A DNA stretch of 64,000 nucleotides from an uncultured Pseudomonadota bacterium (GTDB taxonomy: Bacteria > Oederibacteriota > Muellerivitia > Muellerivitales > Muellerivitaceae), in NCBI GenBank assembly GCA_963843375.1, contig CAWJKT010000015.1, forward strand, positions 68,305 to 132,304, given 5' to 3'. Positions 1 through 9,034 of the stretch are shown piece after piece (position 1 is the first letter of the stretch; every line of letters begins with the position of its first letter). Position numbers and translations under genes: made by a program. The notes under the pieces are model-generated. The model did no database searches. It saw nothing but the letters and a program-made list of their open reading frames with translations, and was not told the DNA's origin.

Positions 1-1
1 A

Positions 2-703
2 GTTCCAACCGTTTTAACGGAGGAATTTGCGGGGAACCCCGCCACCCTTCTCGACCCGGAGCGGTTTCAATACCGGTTTGACCTGGCGGCTATGCCTATA
101 GAAGGGTTGACTGGGGATGCAATAACAAGGAATTATTATTCGCGTTATGTGATTGGTTTTGATGAACTAGGGAAGTTTTTAATGGGTTTGGGCCGATATT
201 CGGATTCGATACGCGCCTTTGATAGATCCCTCAAGCTCGACCCCTCTTTTCAGGAACCGCAAACCTTTTTGGCCCAAATGTATTCCCAAAAGAATATCCT
301 GGAAGCCGCCCAGTTGGAATTTGAAAAAATAATCCATGTTCAACCGGATAAGATTTCAGTATTGATGGGGAGGATCGAGGAAGCCCAGAAGGATAAGGAC
401 GAGTCGGAAATAGGTTTGTGGTTGGATCAAATGATTCAATTGAATTCGGAATTGGCCAACGCCGAATATCAATTGTCGAAAATCTATGAAAAAGAGGGGC
501 GAACCCAGGAGGCCAAGACAATGTTGGAATCCTCCGTCAACATGAACCCGCAACAATTGGGAGCCCAGATAACGCTTGGCCACCTGATGAAAAAATTAGG
601 AAACCGAATCAAGGCACAAGAAGCTTTTCACTCGGCTTTAGTGATCGACCCCCAAAACAAGGAAGCGCAAGTGGAGTATTGGAAATTGCTGAACAATCAG
701 TGA
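2..703 (+). CDS. TPR-repeat protein, C-terminal part (5' end lies outside the window)
   Basis: The frame of ORF 92..703 stays open back to base 2. The translation shows tandem TPR-like units (e.g. AFDRSLKLDPSFQEP, AFHSALVIDPQNKEA). Confidence 0.6.
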   Translation, partial: VPTVLTEEFAGNPATLLDPERFQYRFDLAAMPIEGLTGDAITRNYYSRYVIGFDELGKFLMGLGRYSDSIRAFDRSLKLDPSFQEPQTFLAQMYSQKNILEAAQLEFEKIIHVQPDKISVLMGRIEEAQKDKDESEIGLWLDQMIQLNSELANAEYQLSKIYEKEGRTQEAKTMLESSVNMNPQQLGAQITLGHLMKKLGNRIKAQEAFHSALVIDPQNKEAQVEYWKLLNNQ

Positions 704-2448
704 GGTTTTCAGTGAGAACAAAAGAACCTGAGTCTGTTTCCAAGGTGAAAATTAAAAGGTCGTTCTCTCTCTTTTTTCCCGGGGGTGGCCTCCTTTATTT
801 ATCTGTTTTGTGGGTAATCCTCTTGAGGGCCCAAAACCCTGGATTGATGTCCGATGATAGCGGGGAAATGGCCTCCTCGGCTTACGGGTTGGGGATTCCC
901 CATCCTCCGGGTTACCCACTCTTCAACTTATTGGGGCATTTAGTTTGTTGGTTGCCGCTCGGAACGGTTGCTTTTCGCTTAAATCTCTTATCCGAGTTCT
1001 TTGTTTTAGTCTCCTTGGGGATTGTTTTAATTACCTGCCGAAGAATTGTTGATAAATTACCGGGCCCATTTCTGGGAAGAGGTATTGAAGATTTGCTTTT
1101 AATGATGGTTGGAATCTTTTTTATTTCTTGCCGGAGCATTTTTGCACAAAGCCTCACTGCAAAAGGCTGTATTTACTCTCTAACTCTGTTATTGGTTTCC
1201 TGCGTGGCCTTGCTGCAACTATTGGATGTTGGGAAAGTCTCTTTGAAGTTTTTGTTTTTAGCCGTTTTTTTATGGGCGGTAGGAATGGGGAACCATTGGC
1301 AAACCATGGTTTTATTCATTCCATTTTATTTATTTTGGTTTTATAAAAAAAAATCCGTTTTGAATTTACGAAATTTTATTTTCATGTTTATGGTCGTTCT
1401 GGTGGGGTTCTCTACCTATTTGTACCTGCCCTTGAGGGCGGAATTAAACTGCTCACCATCCTGGGGGTATCCCATTCATTTTTCTCTTTTCTTTTGGGTT
1501 GTTTCCCGGCAGTTGATTGCTGGCCATGAACCCTGGATCCAAAATCCCCTCTTTTATTTTGAGACGGTTAAGGAAATTTCAAAGGTTTTTGTTTTTTATT
1601 GGCTCCCCGGTTTTATTTTTTTTGTTTTGATCGGAATGAGAATCTTATGGATCAATGAAAAGAGAGTGGCTTTGGCCATGTTGTTGCTTTTGTTACCTGT
1701 TTTTGCAGGGATCGTGGCAATTCATGAACAAAAAAATATTTATTTACTGCATGCCTATTTGGTTCCGCTGGCGGGATTGATAGGAGTGTTTGGCTTTTGG
1801 GGTTTTCGTTCCCTTTTTACCTTTACGAATAACAAAATGACTCAGTGGATGATGATTTTTTTATTTATTTTTGTATCTGTTGCGTGGTTTATTCATGTTT
1901 TTCAAATTGAAAGCAAAAATGAGTATTTGGCGGCTGAGGATTTTGGCGAAAATGTCATGAAACCCCTTCCGGAGGGATCCATTCTCCTTGCCGAAGGGGA
2001 TCATTACGTGATGTCGATTTGGTATGAACGGTTCGTGAAGCAGAAAAGACAGGATTTGATCTTTGAACCATCCGTATTTCTTCTTCATGGCTGGGGATGG
2101 AAACAACTGGCAAATCAATCAAAAGACTTGAATCAGGTCGAAAGCGGTTCAACCTTATTTGGGAATCGGTTGGAGTTTTTAACCCGCTTTCCTCTTGCCC
2201 ACCCTCTCTATTATTCGCTATCAATGATGGAACTTGGGCCGGTCCTGGCCCAAATGCCCGGAATTTGGGTTCCAAAGGGGTTAACTTATGAATGGGAATC
2301 CCAAAAACCAAACCAACCGCGAATAGATCATCCAAATATACGAACCTTTCAGGATCTAAGAATTCGGGGAATGGATTATTGGGGAAGTCCCGCTATGGAC
2401 CCTTCCACCGCTGAAATTTACCGTTATTACCATTCCGAGCCTTTTTGA
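679..2448 (+). CDS. Polytopic membrane protein, DUF2723 / GT-C (PMT-like) glycosyltransferase family
   Basis: 589-aa ORF with more than 10 hydrophobic segments. N-terminal motif SDDSGEM..GIPHPPGYPLFNLLGH is typical of DUF2723/TMEM260-like GT-C enzymes. Start uncertain (TTG 679 or GTG 745). Confidence 0.55.
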   Translation: MEIAEQSVRFSVRTKEPESVSKVKIKRSFSLFFPGGGLLYLSVLWVILLRAQNPGLMSDDSGEMASSAYGLGIPHPPGYPLFNLLGHLVCWLPLGTVAFRLNLLSEFFVLVSLGIVLITCRRIVDKLPGPFLGRGIEDLLLMMVGIFFISCRSIFAQSLTAKGCIYSLTLLLVSCVALLQLLDVGKVSLKFLFLAVFLWAVGMGNHWQTMVLFIPFYLFWFYKKKSVLNLRNFIFMFMVVLVGFSTYLYLPLRAELNCSPSWGYPIHFSLFFWVVSRQLIAGHEPWIQNPLFYFETVKEISKVFVFYWLPGFIFFVLIGMRILWINEKRVALAMLLLLLPVFAGIVAIHEQKNIYLLHAYLVPLAGLIGVFGFWGFRSLFTFTNNKMTQWMMIFLFIFVSVAWFIHVFQIESKNEYLAAEDFGENVMKPLPEGSILLAEGDHYVMSIWYERFVKQKRQDLIFEPSVFLLHGWGWKQLANQSKDLNQVESGSTLFGNRLEFLTRFPLAHPLYYSLSMMELGPVLAQMPGIWVPKGLTYEWESQKPNQPRIDHPNIRTFQDLRIRGMDYWGSPAMDPSTAEIYRYYHSEPF

Positions 2449-2542
2449 TGGTAAAACCATAAAATAATGGGTTTTTCCCCCTTTGAAATTGATATAATGA
2501 AGTCGATGTTTCGACGCTTTTAAACGCTTTCTGGGAGATGGG

Positions 2543-4846
2543 ATGGACCTTCAGCAGCTCCTTTATTCCATGGTTGAAAAAAAGGCCTCCGATGTGCATA
2601 TGAAGGCCGGTGCTCCTCCTCTTTTTCGTATTGATGGTGACTTGGCCCCCCAAAGCGAGAATCCCTTGACCCCCCAGGAACTAGCTGAAGTGGCTTCCTA
2701 TCTCATGGATGAAAAACAACAAAGAACCTTTTTCGAAGAACATAAAGAAGTGGATTTGGCCTATGCCGTGGAAGGTTTGGCTCGATTCAGGACCAATGCC
2801 ATGTGGCAAAGGGGATTGCCTGAGATAATTATGCGCGTTATTCCACAGCGCATTCCGAAAATTGAAGATATTAATATGCCGACAGCGATTCTGAAACAAA
2901 TTGCCATGGAGCAACGGGGCCTAATTCTGGTGACCGGAATCACGGGATCGGGCAAATCCACTACTTTAGCATCCCTTATCAATGAAATGAACGTCAACCG
3001 GGCGGCTCATATCGTCACGGTTGAAGATCCCATCGAGTTCGTCCATCCTGACAAAAAATCAAGCGTCACCCAGCGGGAAGTTGGTCTTGATACCGAGAGC
3101 TTCAAAACGGCCCTTAAATATGTTTTGCGGCAAGACCCAGATATCATTCTGATTGGGGAAATGCGCGATATTGAAACGGTTCAGGCCGCCATATCAGCCG
3201 CCGAAACGGGCCACTTGGTTTTATCGACCCTGCATACGATGGATACGATTCAAACGATCGAGCGTATTTTAGATTTTTTCCCTCCGGAACAACAAAATCA
3301 AATTCGGGTCCAGCTTGCTGGAACCCTCCGGGCTGTTATTTCCCAACGATTAGTCAACAAGGCCGATGGTGTTGGGGTGGTGCCGGCTTGCGAAATCATG
3401 ATTGTGACCCAGACCATAAAATCCTTGATCGCCGAGGGCAAAATTTCATCCATCCGGCAATTTATCGCGGAAGGCCATAGTCAATATGGCATGCAAACTT
3501 TCGATCAATCCTTGATTCAATTAGTTCGCGGGGGGTTCATCACGAAAGAAAACGCCATGGAGCAGGCGTCTTCTCCCAGTGAAATAGATTTGGGATTAAA
3601 AGGCATCTCTTCTTCGAAAGCCTCGGCTCAGTCTCTCATTTCTCAAATGGAGAATGCCCAACAAAAAGACCGCGTCAATGGCTGGCTTAAAAAGGGGCAG
3701 GAATACTATGAAAAACGTCGTTACGATGAAGCAAGGGGTGAACTCAAACGAGTCCTTCAGGAAATTCCGGAGCATAAGGAAGCCAATGCCCTGATGGCTC
3801 GGTTGCGGGAGATGGATAATAAGAGCGAAAAGAAAAAGGACGCGTCCACCAACATCAAAACGGCTTTACAGCTTTACCGGGAGGGGAAGCATCAGGCGGC
3901 GATTTTGGAGTTTCAAAAAGCGCTGGAACTCGACCCGGAAAACAAACAAGCTCAGGGTTATATTAAGGCCATCCAGGAAGAACTGGATAACCGATCCAAG
4001 GCCCGTGAATTCTATCAGGCGGCTTTAAACGCCCAAAATCAAAATGATTTGGCGGGCGCTTTGTCCTATGTGGATCAAGCCCTGGTTCTTGATCCGGAAA
4101 ACGAACAAGTCCAAGTTTTACAGCGGGACCTAAAAATATCCGTTCAAAAAGAACAGGCTCGATCCAAGGCTGATTCATTCAATCAAACAGCGATCGATTT
4201 ATACAAGTCGGGGGATTTGTTGAGCGCGTTGGTCGCTTGGAATAAAGCTTATGAGCTCAATTCCGAATTGGAAGATGTCGCCCGCTATCTTCAACAGGGA
4301 ATCACCAAGCTTTTGTCATTTGGGGTGGATGGGTTGGATGCTAATCCAGAGAAACAGCTTATTTTAAACCTCTTCGAACAGGGAGTCCGCAGTTATGTCC
4401 GTGGCGATTTTCAAACAGCTATGGACTTTTTCAAAAAAGCCATTTCCAAGGCCGATGGAAATAATTATTTAAACGCCTATCTTCAAAAGTCCGGCCAAAT
4501 GTTGGAACAACAGATCGGCGAGTTCCTTCAAGACGGGATTCGTGCCCAACAATCCGGAGATTTGACTACCGCCCAAAAGGAATTCACGAAAGTCATTCGG
4601 CTTTCCCCCGGACACCCTGAAGCCATTAAACAATTAGGGGCATTGAAGGTGACTATCCAGCAGAACATGGAAAAACTTTACGCCGATGGCAAACAATATT
4701 TTGATGCCAATGACATGGACCGGGCCATTCGGATTTGGACCCAGATTTTAGACCTGGAGCCTTCAAATGAACGGGCTCAGAAGCGCATTGAAGAGGCGAA
4801 GATCAAAAAAAATACCTTAAGCGGAATATTTTCAAAAATCAGTTGA
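2543..4846 (+). CDS. pilT: PilT-family type IV pilus retraction ATPase fused to a ~400-aa C-terminal TPR domain
   Basis: N-terminal ~350 aa carry Walker A GITGSGKSTT, Walker B DPDIILIGEMRD, His box TGHLVLSTLHT and a PilT-like TIKSLIAEGK. The remaining ~400 aa are TPR-like repeats (e.g. EFQKALELDPENKQAQ, ALVLDPENEQVQ, ILDLEPSNERAQ). Single uninterrupted ORF. Confidence 0.85.
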   Translation: MDLQQLLYSMVEKKASDVHMKAGAPPLFRIDGDLAPQSENPLTPQELAEVASYLMDEKQQRTFFEEHKEVDLAYAVEGLARFRTNAMWQRGLPEIIMRVIPQRIPKIEDINMPTAILKQIAMEQRGLILVTGITGSGKSTTLASLINEMNVNRAAHIVTVEDPIEFVHPDKKSSVTQREVGLDTESFKTALKYVLRQDPDIILIGEMRDIETVQAAISAAETGHLVLSTLHTMDTIQTIERILDFFPPEQQNQIRVQLAGTLRAVISQRLVNKADGVGVVPACEIMIVTQTIKSLIAEGKISSIRQFIAEGHSQYGMQTFDQSLIQLVRGGFITKENAMEQASSPSEIDLGLKGISSSKASAQSLISQMENAQQKDRVNGWLKKGQEYYEKRRYDEARGELKRVLQEIPEHKEANALMARLREMDNKSEKKKDASTNIKTALQLYREGKHQAAILEFQKALELDPENKQAQGYIKAIQEELDNRSKAREFYQAALNAQNQNDLAGALSYVDQALVLDPENEQVQVLQRDLKISVQKEQARSKADSFNQTAIDLYKSGDLLSALVAWNKAYELNSELEDVARYLQQGITKLLSFGVDGLDANPEKQLILNLFEQGVRSYVRGDFQTAMDFFKKAISKADGNNYLNAYLQKSGQMLEQQIGEFLQDGIRAQQSGDLTTAQKEFTKVIRLSPGHPEAIKQLGALKVTIQQNMEKLYADGKQYFDANDMDRAIRIWTQILDLEPSNERAQKRIEEAKIKKNTLSGIFSKIS

Positions 4847-4892
4847 TCTTACCTTGGCTGTTTTTGACTTTTAAAATTAAAAAGGGGTGGAA

Positions 4893-5300
4893 ATGAAATT
4901 AATGATAGTGGGTGCTGGAGTTTTAATTCTGATTTTTATCGTTGTGCTGAACACGTCAATGGTCGCGGACCAAGCGTTATCTTGGGTTGCGGCCAATCCA
5001 AAGGATCCTGGAGCCCCTGATGTTCTTTATCGCACGGCGCGGTGGTGCGATATGCTTGGTAGCGACGACAAGGCAGCATCCATATATTTACAATTGTACC
5101 AACAATATCCCGAGCGGGGGGACTTGTGTGCGCCCGCCCTTTATCATTTGGCGTACAATCTGGCGAATGGAACATATATTGTTGGAATCAAAAAACAAGC
5201 CCTCCCTTATTTAGAAACGATCATGAACCAGTATTCGAGTCAAGACGAATGGTCGACTAAGGCAAAACAACTTTATGATGAGGTGAATTATGCCCATTAA
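4893..5300 (+). CDS. Small N-terminally membrane-anchored protein with TPR/YbgF-like helical repeat (hypothetical)
   Basis: ATG 4893 is preceded by AAAGGGG. One N-terminal hydrophobic helix (MKLMIVGAGVLILIFIVVL). The 3' end overlaps the next gene. Confidence 0.45.
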   Translation: MKLMIVGAGVLILIFIVVLNTSMVADQALSWVAANPKDPGAPDVLYRTARWCDMLGSDDKAASIYLQLYQQYPERGDLCAPALYHLAYNLANGTYIVGIKKQALPYLETIMNQYSSQDEWSTKAKQLYDEVNYAH

Positions 5301-6339
5301 GCTTGGCCGGACTGCGGAATGTTTGATTTTAATGTCGGCTATTTTTGCATTAGGAATTGGGTGCCGTTTGTGGGCGGCAACGGTAGAGGTGGAAAATGAG
5401 GATGATGATATTTCCGTGATTCCCACGCCTGCGCCAAAGGCAATGAATCCCCAAGTGACTCCATCGAACGATAAAGGGGTTGATGCGGATATTGAATTAC
5501 AGGGCGAAGAAAAAGAAGTTTTGCCATCGCCAACACCCGTAAAAAAACCAGAGGTGGATACACCAACTCCGAGCGTTGTTGCAAATGAAAGCCAAGTGAA
5601 AAAAAATGAACAGTCGAATTCTATCGAATCGACCTTACCTCGGGTTCGGATCAATGATAATGTTGGTTTTTATTATTTTGTTTCCGCCGGTTTCATGATT
5701 TCAGATAACGCCCAAATGCACTCCATAGGTAAAGTGATCGGGAACGCCGATACCAGCCTTAATTTCAGCATGCCCAAGAGAACTTATATTGAGTTGGCAT
5801 CAGATCATTATGAAGTTAGGCCTGATGACTTATTAGTTGTTTTTCATTCGGTGCCGGCGTTTCATGATTCGCATTCCACATTTCCTGCATACCAAATCGA
5901 AAATCTAGCCATTGTCAAAGTCATCGAAATTCAGAAAAGACGTGTGCTGGTTGAAGTAAAGGAATCTTTCCGGACTTTTCAGGACGGGGACTTAGTGGAG
6001 ACTTATGAAAATGAGATTAAAAGATGGAAACAGGCTCAAATTAAAAAAGTCCTTCCTTCGCACCCCGTTAAATGTTTTGTAATGGGGGGGGAGTTAAGCC
6101 GCCAAAATTACGAACAAACAGATTTTATTTTTCTTTCCGCTGGCTCAAAAGCTGGTGTTGTGGAAGGCCAAAAATTTGAACTACGGGAAATTGACAACAC
6201 TGGTGCTATGGAAGAGCCTCTTCATGCGCTGCGAGGCGTCGCCCAAGTTATTTCTGCAGGACTAAGGTGCTCCACGGCACAAATCATTAGCAATAGTGAA
6301 TCCATTAAAAAAGGTTTTGAAGCCGTTTACCAACCTTAG
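5290..6339 (+). CDS. Hypothetical exported/membrane protein with an acidic, Pro-rich linker
   Basis: 349-aa ORF with an N-terminal hydrophobic segment and an E/D/P/T-rich low-complexity region, followed by a globular C-terminal half. I recognise no family. Confidence 0.4.
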   Translation: MPIKLGRTAECLILMSAIFALGIGCRLWAATVEVENEDDDISVIPTPAPKAMNPQVTPSNDKGVDADIELQGEEKEVLPSPTPVKKPEVDTPTPSVVANESQVKKNEQSNSIESTLPRVRINDNVGFYYFVSAGFMISDNAQMHSIGKVIGNADTSLNFSMPKRTYIELASDHYEVRPDDLLVVFHSVPAFHDSHSTFPAYQIENLAIVKVIEIQKRRVLVEVKESFRTFQDGDLVETYENEIKRWKQAQIKKVLPSHPVKCFVMGGELSRQNYEQTDFIFLSAGSKAGVVEGQKFELREIDNTGAMEEPLHALRGVAQVISAGLRCSTAQIISNSESIKKGFEAVYQP

Positions 6340-6369
6340 GAGGTTTTCGGACCCCGAGAGGAATCTCTC

Positions 6370-7227
6370 ATGACTGTGATGATAGAGGAAGATCAGAGTT
6401 TTAAAAAAATATTGGCTTTTCTTTTGCGCTCAAAAGGTTTCGACGGTAATCACTATAAAACTAATTACATCAAACGTCGAATCGCGGTTCGAATGAGGGT
6501 GGTCGGAGCTTCAACCTATACCGACTATTTAAAAATCCTCCAACATAACCTTGAAGAACCAGCCAGACTTCTGGACCGCCTGACAATCCACGTAACAGAA
6601 TTTTTTCGTGATCCGAGTGTTTATAAAGCGGTCCAAGAAAAAGTACTTCCCGGTTTTTTGGGAAAAGCAGGAAAAAAAATGAAAGTATGGTGCGCTGGCT
6701 GCAGTACCGGTGAGGAGCCCTATTCACTTGCGGGGCTGTTGAACGAATGGGTTTCTTCGAATCCGGAGTACTCTTTTCAAATATTTGCTACGGACATTGA
6801 CCTAAAAAGCATCAGCTTCGCTGAAAAAGGGGAGTATTCACGTGAGTCCTTGGTAAAGGTGCCCAAAGGGGGGCTGACCCGTTGGTTTCGTTCCGATGGA
6901 ACAAAGGTCTCAGTTTCATTTGAATTGAAGAATCATGTTCGATTCAGGGTACATGATTTGCTTGGGAAATGGATGGCAAGTTTGTCCGATTTCGACCTCA
7001 TCTTTTGCCGGAATCTTTTAATCTACCTTACTGGAAAACAACAACAAAAAATTTATGAACAGTTTTCAAACGCCCTAAATCCCCAAGGGTATCTTGTGCT
7101 AGGGCTTACGGAAACCCTTCTGGGGCCCGCTCGGAAATATTTCCATTGCGTGGATGTTAAACATCGTATTTATCAAACCCTGGATTCAAGCGGTGAATTG
7201 GATTTGGAAAAGGATGCGAATGGATAA
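6370..7227 (+). CDS. cheR: Chemotaxis protein methyltransferase CheR
   Basis: N-terminal CheR helical domain plus SAM-binding VWCAGCSTGEEPYSLA and ..DLIFCRNLLIYL. Confidence 0.88.
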   Translation: MTVMIEEDQSFKKILAFLLRSKGFDGNHYKTNYIKRRIAVRMRVVGASTYTDYLKILQHNLEEPARLLDRLTIHVTEFFRDPSVYKAVQEKVLPGFLGKAGKKMKVWCAGCSTGEEPYSLAGLLNEWVSSNPEYSFQIFATDIDLKSISFAEKGEYSRESLVKVPKGGLTRWFRSDGTKVSVSFELKNHVRFRVHDLLGKWMASLSDFDLIFCRNLLIYLTGKQQQKIYEQFSNALNPQGYLVLGLTETLLGPARKYFHCVDVKHRIYQTLDSSGELDLEKDANG

Positions 7228-8392
7228 GGCACAAGAACACATCAATTTGGGGACGGCTTTTTCCCTTTCGCGTCGATTCGATGACGCCATCATTGAGTTC
7301 AAAAGAGCGTTGGAACTGAGTCCTTCTGACGCTGAGATACTTTTTCAATTGGGGGGACTCAGCACGAATGTTGGAAATTATGGGGAGGCGGAAAATTATT
7401 ACCGCCGCTCGCTTGAAATAAATCAAATGAATCTAAACGCACATTGCAAGCTGGGACTCCTTTTGGAAGTTCAGGGGAAATATCAGGAAGCTATTTTGGC
7501 GTTTCAGAAATCGGTTGAATTAAATCCTCTTGATGTCGGCCTTTACAATAACCTCGGAAATGTCTATTCCAAAATGGGGAAATACCAGGAGGCGATTGGA
7601 CAATACCAGAAATATATTGTTATCAATAAAAGTAACGCTGAGATTTACTTCAAATTGGGATATGCCTATGAACAAGCCGGTCAGTTGGAGGAGGCGATTT
7701 CTTCTTACGAACGGGCTTTGATTACGAATCCGCGGCACGCCGCGGTTTACGCTATTTTGGGAAACGTTTATTTAAAAACCGGGAAATACAATGAGGCGAT
7801 CGTTCAATACCATCAGGCCGTGAAATTTAACCCTAACGAACCGGAAGTTCATCTTAAACTCGGCCAAGCCTATATGTCACTTGGTCAATACGAAAAGGCG
7901 TTGGAGATTTTGAATCAGGCAAAAATAAAAAATCCCAACAACGCTGAAGTCTATTTGAAATTAGGAATGATTTACGCAAGTCGGGGTCAACATGATGAGG
8001 CCATTCAAATGTATAGAAAAGTTATGGAAATCAACCCTAATGATGCAAGCGTTCACAATGTTTTGGGGTATATTTATGACAAGCAGGGCGACCTTCAGCG
8101 GGCTCGGGATGAGTATAAAGCCGCCAAGTTAATTAATCCAAACGATGTTCAGATTTTGGACAATTTAGGAAATTTGAGTTACAAACAGGGGAATTTTGAC
8201 GAAGCGGTTGTCGAGTTTGAAAAACTGATAACTTTGAATCCTTCTCACCTGGACGCTCAGGCCAAACTGGGAAACATTTACATGAAAAAGGGCGAAAAAG
8301 AAAAAGCCATAGCTCATTGGGAGAAAGCATTGATACTCGATCCTTCGAATGATATTTTAAAAAATAATTTGAAAATTGTGCGAGGGAACTAA
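7220..8392 (+). CDS. TPR-repeat protein (overlaps the cheR stop; possibly the C-terminal half of a FrzF-like CheR-TPR)
   Basis: About 11 tandem 34-aa TPR units (consensus ..G.Y.EAI..Y.KAL.INPN.A....LG..Y). ATG 7220 has AGGA 5 nt upstream. The track ORF starts at 7154. Confidence 0.75.
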   Translation: MDKAQEHINLGTAFSLSRRFDDAIIEFKRALELSPSDAEILFQLGGLSTNVGNYGEAENYYRRSLEINQMNLNAHCKLGLLLEVQGKYQEAILAFQKSVELNPLDVGLYNNLGNVYSKMGKYQEAIGQYQKYIVINKSNAEIYFKLGYAYEQAGQLEEAISSYERALITNPRHAAVYAILGNVYLKTGKYNEAIVQYHQAVKFNPNEPEVHLKLGQAYMSLGQYEKALEILNQAKIKNPNNAEVYLKLGMIYASRGQHDEAIQMYRKVMEINPNDASVHNVLGYIYDKQGDLQRARDEYKAAKLINPNDVQILDNLGNLSYKQGNFDEAVVEFEKLITLNPSHLDAQAKLGNIYMKKGEKEKAIAHWEKALILDPSNDILKNNLKIVRGN

Positions 8393-8395
8393 TTT

Positions 8396-9034
8396 ATGAT
8401 GAAACCGCAAGAAAAATCATTGGGTGAGCTTCTTCGCCAAGCGGGAAAAATCACTTTTCGTCAAATTCAAGTGGCGTTAGGCGAACAAAAAAAAACCCAT
8501 GAACCGATTGGGAAAATTCTGATAAAGCTGGGTTTTGTCGAGGAACAAGACATATTGCAAGTCATGCAAGGGATGATGGTTTTGACCTTTCGTGTGGAAA
8601 AAGAATGGTATGGAATTGAAACATTTCGGGTTCGTGAAGTTTTAAAATACTCACCATTTCAATTGTTGGAAAATCCGAATGGGTCCTGGGTGGGAACACT
8701 TTCTTTGCGAGGGAAAACTATTTCTGTTTTATCTTTTCGAACTTTTCTGGAAATGGGACAAGTTCAAAGTCCTGAGGGAACTTGGTTTATTGTTTTGGAA
8801 AAGAAAGGGAATCCATTTGTATTGTGGGTTGATCAGGTGAAAGAAGTCACGAGGTTTAAAATAGAACAAATTGAACCCTTGCCGCCTTATTTATTGGGTA
8901 AAAAAAACGACTTATATTATTGTTTGGGTAAAATAAAAGACGATCTTTATTCAATCTTAAATCCAGACAAATTAATCGACGATAACGGCGTTTTACTGCC
9001 ATCGTCAGGGGTTGGTTATGCCTACCCGACCTGA
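8396..9034 (+). CDS. Hybrid protein: T2SSE_N/MshEN-like N-terminal domain fused to a CheW domain
   Basis: Residues ~8-57 (SLGELLRQAGKITFRQIQVALGEQ...PIGKILIKLGFVEEQDILQVMQ) match the tandem GspE/MshE N-domain motif. Residues ~60-200 are CheW-like (..YGIETFRVREVL...LSLRGKTISVLSFR...LWVDQVKEV). Confidence 0.7.
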   Translation: MMKPQEKSLGELLRQAGKITFRQIQVALGEQKKTHEPIGKILIKLGFVEEQDILQVMQGMMVLTFRVEKEWYGIETFRVREVLKYSPFQLLENPNGSWVGTLSLRGKTISVLSFRTFLEMGQVQSPEGTWFIVLEKKGNPFVLWVDQVKEVTRFKIEQIEPLPPYLLGKKNDLYYCLGKIKDDLYSILNPDKLIDDNGVLLPSSGVGYAYPT

